This document shows, in pieces, positions 36,201-47,375 of a stretch of DNA of 64,000 bases. Source of the DNA: Mobula birostris (lineage: Eukaryota); assembly GCF_030028105.1 (NCBI RefSeq), contig NC_092375.1, positions 164,919,415-164,983,414 on the forward strand, read 5' to 3'. The first letter of the stretch is position 1; each line of letters begins with the position of its first letter. The notes under the pieces were generated by a model. That model had not been told where the DNA came from and ran no database searches. It saw only the letters and a list, made by a program, of their open reading frames with translations. The translations under genes and the position numbers were made by a program.

Positions 36201-37118
36201 GTACAAAAGAAGGCACTAATTTTATATTACAGTTACTCTTTCAATAAATGAGCTATCATAATTGCATTACCTTGGAAAGTAATTCTATTTTAGGAGACCT
36301 TTTTTTTTGTCTTTTGTTTGTGTATCTGTATAATGTTTACTGTATCAGTTTGTCCTTCTTGAAACCAAAAATCTCTAATGTAAAATAGTGCTTGGTGGTT
36401 GTACTTGTCTGATGCTGTACAAGCTTTCTGTGTATCAAAATGACAGTTGTAGTCCTGCAGCAAAGTTGTGTTGAATGTCAAACTGGTGATGGGACATATT
36501 GGGGTAACCAATGTGTAGTGAACTTGAATATATGGAAACTGCTGTTTAAAAAAAGGCAAGAAAAATCAGGGAACTGCTGACCTGTTAGCCTGGCATTATT
36601 AGTTAGGAAGATTCTGGAACCTGTAATAAATAAACCAATATAATATTATGATTGAGCAAAGAGAACATGGATTTATGAAATTAGAGTACATAAGACTAAA
36701 CTCCAGGATATTTGGGAATGTATTTGATAGAGTGGCTGAGGGAGATCCAGTGTAGATATTAAGTAATTGGCTTTTCAGAAGGCTTGAATCAGTTCTCAAG
36801 AGGTTAGTCAGCAATGTTCATGCATGAATTGAAGTAGCATCTGCAATTACTGAAAACGTGAAAGAGAAGTGGAAAATATGTAATTCTTTTTGAAAATAGG
36901 TTTTGTACTAATACTTCTTTTAATGGAAGTATGAGATTCAAGATCTTGGCAATTCAATTTTGCCACATACTTTCTTCTTATCAGTCGATTGTGCTCTGTG
37001 GTCTAATTCGTGTAATATATGTTTGTCAACCATGTTTCATTTCACTTCTCCTACATTTTTCAGAAAATGTCCATTCATTTCAATGTCTTGCATCTAAAAT
37101 TATAAATGTTCTTTAAAG

Positions 37119-37193
37119 TGTCCAAGAAGCCAATTTCTGATGAAGTTAAGCCACAGATTGTTTCAAGAAAAGAAAAGGTTCCTCCAACCAAAG
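37119..37193 (+). CDS. ttn: PEVK array exon A7
   Basis: aaag|TGTCC...AAAG|gtatgg. Confidence 0.9.
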
Positions 37194-38465
37194 GTATGGG
37201 AATATGCATCCCATCATTTTAAATAGAACCCTTGAAAAAGTGATCACATGATCAATTGGCTTTACTGCGTGTGCTCACGCACGTGTGTGTGTTTGTATAT
37301 ACGGTGATGTCTTGTGAATTTATGGTGAATCTTGATTCGTATTTGGTCACTTGTTTTGTGCATTTTATCATTAAGTCGAGTGGAGATATTGAATTAGAAG
37401 TAGTATACTGAAGCATGAAACTGTAAATCAGGGGATCCCAAACTGGAGTCCATGGACCCCTCGGGCATCCATGGCTCCATGGCATAAAATGGTTGGGAAC
37501 CCCTGCGATGAAAATAAGACAGAAAATGCAATGTGCCTGTGATTTATGTAGAGAATTCACTCAGCTAACCTGAAAACAATGGAAAAATTCATCCGGTTAT
37601 GAACAGTTAACATTTCAGTTCTGAGAGCCTTCATCAAAACAAAGGAAGATAGGAACAAATTACTCTAGATAGCAGAGAAAATGGAGGAGGATAATGGGTG
37701 TAACAAAAGGAATTTCTTTGATGGGGTGAAAATGTGCAACTGTGAAGAGACAGTAAACACAAAATAATCTGTAGATGCTGGGATCAAAGCAACACTCACA
37801 ACACGCTGGAGGAACTCAGCAGGTCCAGCAGCATCAGTGGAATCCTGTGGCAGCACCCTCAGGTTCCGGCCCGAAACATTGACTGATCGTTTCCATGGAT
37901 GCTGCCCGACCTGCTGAGTTCCTCCAGCGTGTTGTGAATGTTGCAATAGACAGTAATGCCTCCTGTATATGACTCATTGCCTTCCCTCATCTTTTTTGCG
38001 TTCTTGACAAATTTATCAGTTCTGATGAAAGTTGTCTGACCCAAAACATTAGCTGTTCATCCTTCCACACATGTGCCAAGCTTGCTGAGTTTTTCCCAGC
38101 ATTTTCTGTTTTGACTTACTTGGGGTAGTGAGTTCTTCTCATGAATCATGAGCACATTTTGAAGTAATCACACCATAAAGTGCTATACCTCAGAAAAAAA
38201 TATTTTCAGCAAAATTATTTGAGTTCGTTGAGAGAATTTGTTATTAAAATAATTAGTGGGCAGTCAAGCATTTCTGCTTGAATTTTTAAGTCAGCTGCAT
38301 TTGATGTAATTTCTGTACACATTATAAATATGTGCTCGTCACAAGATGATGAACTATGTCAGGTCTTATTTGTAGTAATGCACGTAATGTTATGTGCATT
38401 GCTTTTTTAAATATTCTTAATGTATGCCTCTGAAATTCTCTTGTCTAAAAATTAAATTCTTCAAG

Positions 38466-38540
38466 TGCCTGAGGTTCCTGAGTTTATTCCTGAAGAAAAG
38501 AAGCCAGTTGTACCAGAAGAAAAAGTTGCTCCAATGAAAG
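38466..38540 (+). CDS. ttn: PEVK array exon B7
   Basis: caag|TGCCT...AAAG|gtacaa. Confidence 0.9.
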
Positions 38541-39448
38541 GTACAAAAGAAGGCACTAATTTTATATTACAGTTACTCTTTCAATAAATGAGCTATCATA
38601 ATTGCATTACCTTGGAAAGTAATTCTATTTTAGGAGACCTTTTTTTTTGTCTTTTGTTTGTGTATCTGTATAATGTTTACTGTATCAGTTTGTCCTTCTT
38701 GAAACCAAAAATCTCTAATGTAAAATAGTGCTTGGTGGTTGTACTTGTCTGATGCTGTACAAGCTTTCTGTGTATCAAAATGACAGTTGTAGTCCTGCAG
38801 CAAAGTTGTGTTGAATGTCAAACTGGTGATGGGTAACCAATGTGTAGTGAACTTGAATATATGGAAACTACTGTTTAAAAAAAGGCAAGAAAAATCAGGG
38901 AACTGCTGACCTGTTAGCCTGGCATTATTAGTTAGGAAGATTCTGGAACCTGTAATAAATAAACCAATATAATATTATGATTGAGCAAACAGAACATGGA
39001 TTTATGAAATTAGAGTACATAAGACTAAACTCCAGGATATTTGGGGATGTATTTGATAGAGTTGATAAGGGAGATCCAGTGTAGATATTAAGTAATTGGC
39101 TTTTCAGAAGGCTTGAATCAGTTCTCAAGAGATTAGTCAACAATGTTCATGCATGAATTGAAGTAGCATCTGCAATTACTGAAAACGTGAAAGAGAAGTG
39201 GAAAATATGTAATTTTTTTTTGAAAATAGGTTTTGTACTAATACTTTCTTTAATGGAAGTATGAGATTCAAGATCTTGGCAATTCAATTTTGCCACATAC
39301 TTTCTTCTTATCAGTCGATTGTGCTCTGTGGTCTAATTCGTGTAATATATGTTTGTCAACCATGTTTCATTTCACTTCTCCTACATTTTTCAGAAAATGT
39401 CCATTCATTTCAATGTCTTGCATCTAAAATTATAAATGTTCTTTAAAG

Positions 39449-39523
39449 TGTCCAAGAAGCCAATTTCTGATGAAGTTAAGCCACAGATTGTTTCAAGAAA
39501 AGAAAAGGTTCCTCCAACCAAAG
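39449..39523 (+). CDS. ttn: PEVK array exon A8
   Basis: aaag|TGTCC...AAAG|gtatgg. Confidence 0.9.
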
Positions 39524-40806
39524 GTATGGGAATATGCATCCCATCATTTTAAATAGAACCCTTGAAAAAGTAAACACATGATCAATTGGCTTTACTGCGT
39601 GTGCTCACGCACGTGTGTGTTTGTGTGTGTGTTTGTATATACGGTGATGTCTTGTGCATTTATGGTGAATCTTGATTCGTATTTGGTCACTTGTTTTGTG
39701 CACTTTATCATTAAGTCGAGTGGAGATATTGAATTAGAAGTAGTATACTGAAGCATGAAACTGTAAATCAGGGGATCCCAACCTGGAGTCCATGGACCCC
39801 TCGGGCATCCATGGCTCCATGGCATAAAATGGTTGGGAACCCGTGCATTGAAAATAAGACAGAAAATGCAATGTGCCTGTGATTTATGTAGAGAATTCAC
39901 TCAGCTAACCTGAAAACAATGGAAAAATTCATCCGGTTATGAATAGTTAACATTTCAGTTCTGAGAGCCTTCATCAAAACAAAGGAAGATAGAAACAAAT
40001 TACTCTAGATAGCAGAGAAAATGGAGGAGGATAATGGGTGTAACAAAAGAAATTTCTTTGATGGGGTGAAAATGTGCAACTGTGAAGAGACAGTAAACAC
40101 AAAATAATCTGTAGATGCTGGGGTCAAAGCAACACTCACAACACGCTGGAGGAACTCCGCAGTTCCAGCAGCATCCGTGGAATCCTGTGGCAGCACCCTC
40201 AGGTTCCGGCCCGAAACATTGACTGATCGTTTCCATGGATGCTGCCCAACCTGCTGAGTTCCTCCAGCGTGTTGTGAATGTTGCAATAGACAGTAATGCC
40301 TCCTGTATATGACTCATTGCCTTCCCTCATCTTTTTTGCGTTCTTGACTAATTTATCAGTTCTGATGAAAGTTGTCTGACCCAAAACATCAGCTGTTCAT
40401 CCTTCCACACATGTGCCAAGCTTGCTGAGTTTTTCCCAGCATTTTCTGTTTTGACTTACTTGGGGTAGTGAGTTCTTCTCATGAATCATGAGTACATTTT
40501 GAAGTAATCACACCATAAAGTGCTATACCTCAGAAAAAAATATTTTCATCAAAGTTATTTGAGTTCATTGAGAGAATTTGTTATTAAAATAATTAGTGGG
40601 CAGTCAAGCATTTCTGCTTGAATTTTTAAGTCAGCTGCATTTGCTGTAATTTCTGTACACATTATAAATATGTGCTCGTCACAAGATGATGAACTATGTC
40701 AGGTCTTATTTGTAGTAATGCACGTAATGTTATGTGCATTGCTGTTTTAAATATTCTTAAATGTATGCCTCTGAAATTCTCTTATCCAAAAATTAAATTC
40801 TTCAAG

Positions 40807-40881
40807 TGCCCGAGGTTCCTGAGTTTATTCCTGAAGAAAAGAAGCCAGTTGTACCAGAAGAAAAAGTTGCTCCAATGAAAG
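40807..40881 (+). CDS. ttn: PEVK array exon B8
   Basis: caag|TGCCC...AAAG|gtacga. Confidence 0.9.
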
Positions 40882-41624
40882 GTACGAAAGAAGGCACATA
40901 TTTTATATTACAGTTACTCTTTCAATAAATGATGTTATCATAATTGCATTATCTTGGAAAGTAATTCTATTTTAGGGGACCTTCTAATTTTTTGTCTTTT
41001 GTTTGTGTATCTGTATAATTTTTACTGTATCAATTTGTTCTTCTTGAAACCAAAACTCTAAGTAAAACAGTGATTGATGGTTGTAATTGTCTGATGCTGG
41101 ACAAGCTTTTTGTGTATCAAAATGACAGTTGTACTCCTGCAGCAAAGTTGTGTTGAATGTCAAACTGGTGATTGGACATGTTGGGGTAACCAATGTGTAG
41201 TGGACCTGTATATGGAAACTGCTGTTTAAAAAAAGGCAAGAAAAATTAGGGTACTGCTGACCTGTTAGCCTGGCATCATTAGTTAGGAAGATTCTGGAAC
41301 CTGTAATAAATAAACCAATATAATATTATGATTGAGCAAACAAAGCATGGATTTATGAAAGTAGAGTACATAAGAGTAAACTCCAGCAATATTTGGGGAT
41401 GTATCTGATAGATTAGAAGAGGGAGATCCAGTGTAAATATTAAGTAATTGGCTTTTCAGAAGTTCTCAGGAGATTCGTCAACAATGTTCATGCATGAATT
41501 GAAGTAGCATCTGCAATATGAAAATGTGAAGGAGAAGTGGAAAATATGTGAAAACTTAGCAGGTCAGACAGCATCAGTGGAGCAGATCTTAAACTCTAAA
41601 TCATTACTTGTGCAGAATCACCTT

Positions 41625-41963
41625 ATTTTGGTGTGTGCCTGTGTGCATCCGAGTCTGTGCATCTGCGTGTGCGTGCTTGCGTGTCTGTGTGCATCTGTGT
41701 ATACTTGCGTGCGTCTGTGATGATGTCTTCTTCATGGGCTTTTTACAAGGCGCAAAGCAAGAGAGAGACTGTGTAGCGTGCCACTCCTCACACAGACATT
41801 TTCGCAGTATTTTTCCTTTTTATTTTACAAGGTTGAGTTGCGATCTCGACACTCAACCCGGCATGGATGGAAAGCGTACTCGGAGCGGACCTGACTGGTT
41901 TCGAACCTGGGAACCTCCGCTTCCGGGTCCAGCACCGATGTCATTGTGCCACCAGCCGGCCCC
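41625..41963 (-). mobile_element. tRNA-derived SINE with a simple-repeat tail
   Basis: Minus-strand A box TGGCACAATGA (41941-41951), B box GGTTCGAAACC (41897-41907); (GCAC/CA)-type tail 41625-41720. Confidence 0.75.
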
Positions 41964-42092
41964 AGAATCACCTTTTTATAGACAGATGTAATTATGCGGA
42001 AAAGTAATTTTAAATTAAGAACATTTTATTTTTGCTCCCAACTTGCTAGTTCAGTTGGTATAAATATAACAGGACCATTCTGTTAGTTCTGT

Positions 42093-42355
42093 TGGCGCCA
42101 TGATGTGTAGTTGTTCGTGTAGCAGCTTGGGACATTGGAGTTCAATCCTGGCGTCCTCTAAGGAGTCTCTTTTACGTCCTGCCTATGGAATACATGGGTT
42201 TTCTCCTGCAGTCCAAAGACATACCGATTGGTACATAAATTAGCCAATTGTAAATTGTCCCATGATTAGGCTAGGATTAAATCAGGGGTTGCTGACTGGT
42301 GTGGCTTGAAGTACCAAAAGGGTCTATTCCCAGTTTTATCTCTGAACAAAATAAA
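42093..42355 (+). mobile_element. Degenerate V-domain SINE (HE1-like)
   Basis: B-box-like ggagttcaatcct, then V-core-like cagtccaaagac...attgtaaattgtccc; boundaries approximate. Confidence 0.6.
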
Positions 42356-42711
42356 ATTTAAAAAAAATCATGTTCCAAAGACATGGAGAACTACAAGCCA
42401 GGTATATTGGAAAGCAGTCCTTAGGACAACAGAGATCCTACATGAAGGCTGTGCATGTACTTAAATGTCATATATATAGTCCTATCTGAAGTGATGGGCA
42501 GCGAAACAAGTTGACTGTGTCCCAAGAATTGATATGAGGTGGATTATAACTGCTTCATTAACTAACATTAAGCCTTGTGTATATCAGAACCAAGATTCAA
42601 AGTGTGTGATTTCGCACAAAATCTTTGACTGTTGCTTTTGTGTTTAATGTTACGTGCATTCTTATCCTATTGCATCTTGGCAATCTTTTTTTTAATTTAA
42701 CTTTCTTTAAG

Positions 42712-42786
42712 TGCCTGAGGTTCCCAAGTTTGTTCCTGAAGAAGTGAAACCAGTTACACAAAAAGAAAAGGGCATTCCAATGAAAG
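42712..42786 (+). CDS. ttn: PEVK exon, B-like (75 nt)
   Basis: ctttaag|TGCCT...ATGAAAG|gtacag; VPEVPKFVPEEVKPVTQKEKGIPMK. Confidence 0.88.
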
Positions 42787-43195
42787 GTACAGAAGAAAGA
42801 AAATGTTTTATCCTAGAATTGTTGTTTGGATCATAGTGAATTAATTTTGTCATTGCCTTGGGAAGTATTTTTGCTTCACATTGCCGTAGCTCTGCCTCAT
42901 GCTAATATTTTAAGTTGTGTGATTTGTTGAGCATTTGAACAACTCTATAACTGTGTGTCTTTATTGTGTTGCCTTTGTAACAGAAATAATTTTACTACTG
43001 AAGTATTGAAAGTGTTGATGGTGGCCATTATTTAACTGTCGGTATCACACACATATACCTGTGATGTTTCTTGTGCCAATCATCACATTAGTGAAGTTGC
43101 GCTGAACCCTAGCTGCAAGTACATAATAATGGCAGCTCATAATGCCAAGCAGTCCAGAATTCAGGATACTGCAAAACCAGTTGCTCCTGATAAGA

Positions 43196-44436
43196 GCCAT
43201 CCCCTTCTCGCAATTCCTCCGTCTCCGCCGCATCTGCTCTCAGGATGAGGCTTTTCATTCTAGGACGAGGGAGATGTCTTCCTTTTTTAAAGAAAGGGGC
43301 TTCCCTTCCTCCACTATCAACTCTGCTCTTAAACGCATCTCCCCCATTTCACGTACATCTGCTCTCACTCCATCCTCTCGCCACCCCACTAGGAATAGGG
43401 TTCCCCTGGTCCTCACCTACCACCCCACCAGCCTCCGGGTCCAACATATTATTCTCCGTAACTTCTGCCACCTCCAACGGGATCCCACCACTAAGCACAT
43501 CTTTCCCTCCCCCCGTCTCTCTGCATTCCGCAGGGATCACTCCCTACACAACTCCCTTGTCCATTCGTCCCCCCCATCCCTCCTCACTGATCTCCCTCCT
43601 GGCACTTATCCGTGTAAGCGGAACAAGTGCTACACATGCCCTTACACTTCCTCCCTTACCACCATTCAGGGCCCCAAACAGTCCTTCCAGGTGAGGCAAC
43701 ACTTCACCTGTGAGTCGACTGGGGTGATATACTGCGTCCGGTGCTCCCAATGTGGCCTCTTATATATTGGCGAGACCCGACGCAGACTGGGAGACCACTT
43801 TGCTGAACATCTACGCTCTGTCCGCCAGAGAGAGCAGGATCTCCCAGTGGCCACACATTTTAATTCCACATCCCATTCCCATTCTGACATGTCCATCCAC
43901 GGCCTCCTCTACTGTAAAGATGAAGCCACACTCAGGTTGGAGGAACAACACCTTATATTCCGTCTGGGTAGCCTCCAACCTGATGGTATGAACATCGACT
44001 TCTCTAACTTCTGCTAAGGCCCCACCTCCCCCTCGTACCCCATCTGTTACTCATTTTTATGCACACATTCTTTCTCTCACTCTCCTTTTTCTCCCTCTGT
44101 CCCTCTGAATATACCTCTTGCCCATCCTCTGGGTCCCCCCCCCTCGTCTTTCTTCCCGGACCTCCTGTCCCATGATCCTCTCGTATCCCCTTTTGCCTAT
44201 CACCTGTCCAGCTCTTGGCTCTATCCCTCCCCCTCCTGTCTTCTCCTATCATTTTGGATCTCCCCCTCCAACTTTCAAATCCCTTACTCACTCTTCCTGC
44301 AGTTAGTCCTGACGAAGGGTCTCGGCCTGAAACGTCGACTGCACCTCTTCCTAGAGATGCTGCCTGGCCTGCTGCATTCACCAGCAACTTTGATGTGTGT
44401 TGCTTGAATTTCCAGCATCTACAGAATTCCTGTTGT
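43196..44436 (+). mobile_element. 5'-truncated Penelope-like element with intact GIY-YIG endonuclease frame, sense to titin
   Basis: 15 bp perfect TSD ttgctcctgataaga (43181-43195, 44437-44451); AIPFSQFLRLRRICS, CKRNKCYTC and VIYCVRCSQCGLLYIGET; stop at 44017. Confidence 0.93.
44305..44340 (+). ncRNA. Minimal type I hammerhead ribozyme motif in the PLE terminal repeat
   Basis: AGUC-CUGACGA-AGGGUCUCGGCCU-GAAA-CGUC-GACU; predicted cut after C44336. Confidence 0.75.
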
Positions 44437-45508
44437 TTGCTCCTGATAAGATGTAGGGCAATTGAAATGTTAAACAAGTTGACTGGGGAATAATTTGAGG
44501 ACATGCAGAACAGGCCAAGTTACTAGAGGAGCAAAAAGGATGGAGAATCAGAAGTTAGCTACAACTGCCAAATATGTATTTCAGACTTAATTTCCCCTAA
44601 CTGAAACCTTTAATATCAACTGCACCTTCAGAACAAGATAAGAACCACACTGATTATGAGTCAAAGACCTACTCCTATGCTACAGTAGCCTAAGTTCTTG
44701 TTCTATAGCCTACTTCTGCTTCAAATCTTTTGTTCATATTGCTAGTGGCTATCAGAGTGACCGTAGTTATATTCTTTTGAGGTCCTTTCAAATTACAACT
44801 GAAATAGTTCTAAGATTATCTGTTTTATTTACTTATCTGCAAATATTAGAGAATAATATCTTCACATAGAAAAATACACCAGTGTATTGTAGAAATTGGT
44901 TATTGATTTTTTTTAAATCAGCACTTTGGTTTCTAAGACCAACACCAAGAAATCAGAGAATAAAACTTCATCTATTTTCAATTACGCCTGCAAATATCCA
45001 AACCCTACTATTTATTATATTTGAAATTGCACCTTATAATAGTTAGTCATTGCATGAAACAGATTGCACATTGTTGAACCGTCAAATATTTTTACTTCCT
45101 AGCATGACCATTAAGTTCACATTAAATTAAACAAAGCATAACAACAAAAAGTCTTTATGTCTGAAAGTTATGCTAGTTCTATCCATAAGAAATTATATTT
45201 GTAGGAATATGGGTATTTTTGAAAATTGTGATCAGATAAACAGCTTGGGCTGAATGAGAGTGAATATTAACCTATTCTAGTGATTAATGTCTAATCAATT
45301 TGGCTCACTGTTACTTTATTAATTAACTAGCTTAATTTTATATATACCAGAAGCATAATATAAAATGAAAGATTATTATGTGATTGGTACAAGATAATAA
45401 ACTGTGTCATGTATCTGTTGCTTCTTTTGTGTTCCGTGTGTATTGTTTTAGAGTGTTTTGTTCCCCTCTTTGATATTTTTAACAAAAGAAAAACAAATTT
45501 CTTTTAAG

Positions 45509-45583
45509 TTCCTGAAGTTGCAAAGTTTGTTGCTGAAGAAGTGAAAACAGTTACAGAAAAAGAAAAAGTTACTCCAATCAAAG
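45509..45583 (+). CDS. ttn: PEVK exon, B-like (75 nt)
   Basis: cttttaag|TTCCT...ATCAAAG|gtatta; VPEVAKFVAEEVKTVTEKEKVTPIK. Confidence 0.85.
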
Positions 45584-45629
45584 GTATTAAAGGAGGCATG
45601 TTTTATATTAGAATTTTCCTTTGAATTAT

Positions 45630-46455
45630 AGAACCTAGAACATTGATCACTACAGCACAAAAACAGGCCCTTTGGCTCACAATACTGTGCCAAACAAACT
45701 AAATTAGTAATCAAATGCCCAAATAATCTAATACCTTCTGACTACAAAATGTCTATATCCTTACACGTCCTGCACATTCATGCCTGTCTAGGATCATCTT
45801 GAAAGCCTCAATCATATTAGCCTCCAGCACCACCCCAGGCAGCACATTCCAGATACCCACCACTCTACACTGTCCGGAGCATCACCAACTTTCATATCAT
45901 CTGCAAACTTACTGACCTACACATCTATGTTTTCATTCAGGATATATATATCACAACAACAGAGGGCCCAATACAGATCCCTGCAGAACACCACTCATCA
46001 CAGACCTCCAGCCAGAATAAGTCTCATCAGTCACTACCCTCTGTCTTCTATGATCAAGCCAATTCTGCTTCTAAGTGCCATTTGGACTGTGGTCCCAAGC
46101 ATCTAGATGAGCCTCCCATGAGATATGTTGTTAAATGCCTTTCTAAAATCCATGCAGATAATATCGACAGCTCTACTTTCATCATTCACCGTTATCACCT
46201 CCTTGAAAAATTCACCCATTAGTAAGACATGACTTGCCCCACACAAAACTATGCTGACTGTCCTTCATTAGGCCATGGTATTCCAAATGCTCATGAATTC
46301 TATCCTTAAGAATCCTCACAGCAACTTTCCTTCTATTGATGTGATACTTACTATTCTATAGTTTCCAATGTTATCCCTATTTCTCTTCTTGGATAAAGGA
46401 ACAACATTAAGTACTTGCCAGTCCTCCAAGACCTCGACTGAGGCTAGAGGAGACA
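45630..46455 (-). mobile_element. Degenerate CR1-clade LINE 3' and RT fragments
   Basis: atagaa-type tail near 45630; VSKFADD on the minus strand at ~45895-45915; boundaries approximate. Confidence 0.7.
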
Positions 46456-47300
46456 TGATAATGTTGGTCTTTTTTTTAAGCTTCACTTTGACAATACTCT
46501 TTAGTATTCAGTTATTTGTTGCCATGTTTACTGCTTTATTTTCTTGCTTGTATCATTCTGTGTGTCCTTGTATAAGATAATTTTTGTACTCATATGACGG
46601 ATATGAAATAATTCAAAACATACAATGAAAATCCAGTTCAAGCACAACTATTGTGCTCAAAATGGCATCTGATGTGCTGTACATCAAAGGCCATCATAAT
46701 GAATTTCATTGAATACCCGCTAGAAAGATGCCTAGTTTCAACCCACTAAATTAATTTCTCCAATACTGATTAATTACCAGCACTTGTGTTTCAAAGTTCA
46801 GCAGAATACACACTTCTTCATCAGTGGCTGACCAAGCATTGAGCAGCAAAATGAGCATGCTTTAACTTGCCACCTCCCTCACCTCCAACTTAAAGTTATC
46901 CCATATGTCTGAAAGTTTTATTTAACAAATTATTCACATCTTAGAAGTGAGGATGGGTTATTTATGGGAAGTGCTCAATTCTTTTTAGAATTGATTCACA
47001 TTTCAGGTCTGCAGGGAGTCACGAAATATACTTTAAAATCAGTCACATCAGGGTATCCAGAATTGAACATTGAAAAGTTCAAGAATCATTGTGTGATGAC
47101 ATGGCTCATTGCAGCGCCCATTAATGATTTAGCCTTCATAAGACAATAGTAACTTTATATATATCAGAATCACTAACCAAAATAGAAAAACGTTTCTTGT
47201 CTCAGCTGCACCTTTTGTGTTTAATTTTATGAGTATTGTTTAAACTGTCAAATGTGCACATCTTTGATGTTCTTTTATCAAAAAATTAAATTTCTTTAAG

Positions 47301-47375
47301 TTCCTGGCATTCCTGAGTTTATTCCTGAAGAGGTGAAGCAAGTTACACAAAAAGAAACAGTTGCTTCAATAGAAG
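47301..47375 (+). CDS. ttn: PEVK exon, B-like (75 nt)
   Basis: ctttaag|TTCCT...ATAGAAG|gtacaa; VPGIPEFIPEEVKQVTQKETVASIE. Confidence 0.85.

Larger units (their letters stand above)
19190..41515 (+). repeat. Tandem array of 8 units (~2.13-2.35 kb), each with PEVK exon A and exon B
   Basis: Exon A starts 19422, 21553, 27730, 30081, 32430, 34769, 37119, 39449; introns near-identical; an RTE interrupts the intron after B2; edges approximate. Confidence 0.97.

Noticed and set aside
19552-41193. Recurrent 60-106 aa ORFs in the array (e.g. MNSLHKSQAH..., MRFKILAIQF..., MQHSQHAGG...)
   Set aside because: They recur only because introns are duplicated; they have variable stops, no domain signature, and overlap MITE or PLE remnants.
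19190-41515. CRISPR-like or satellite interpretation of the periodic repeats
   Set aside because: Units are kilobase-scale with spliceosomal exons in a vertebrate gene; there is no repeat-spacer structure or cas gene.
44004-44504. 166 aa minus-strand ORF
   Set aside because: Antisense to the pyrimidine-rich PLE 3' region; low-complexity artefact.
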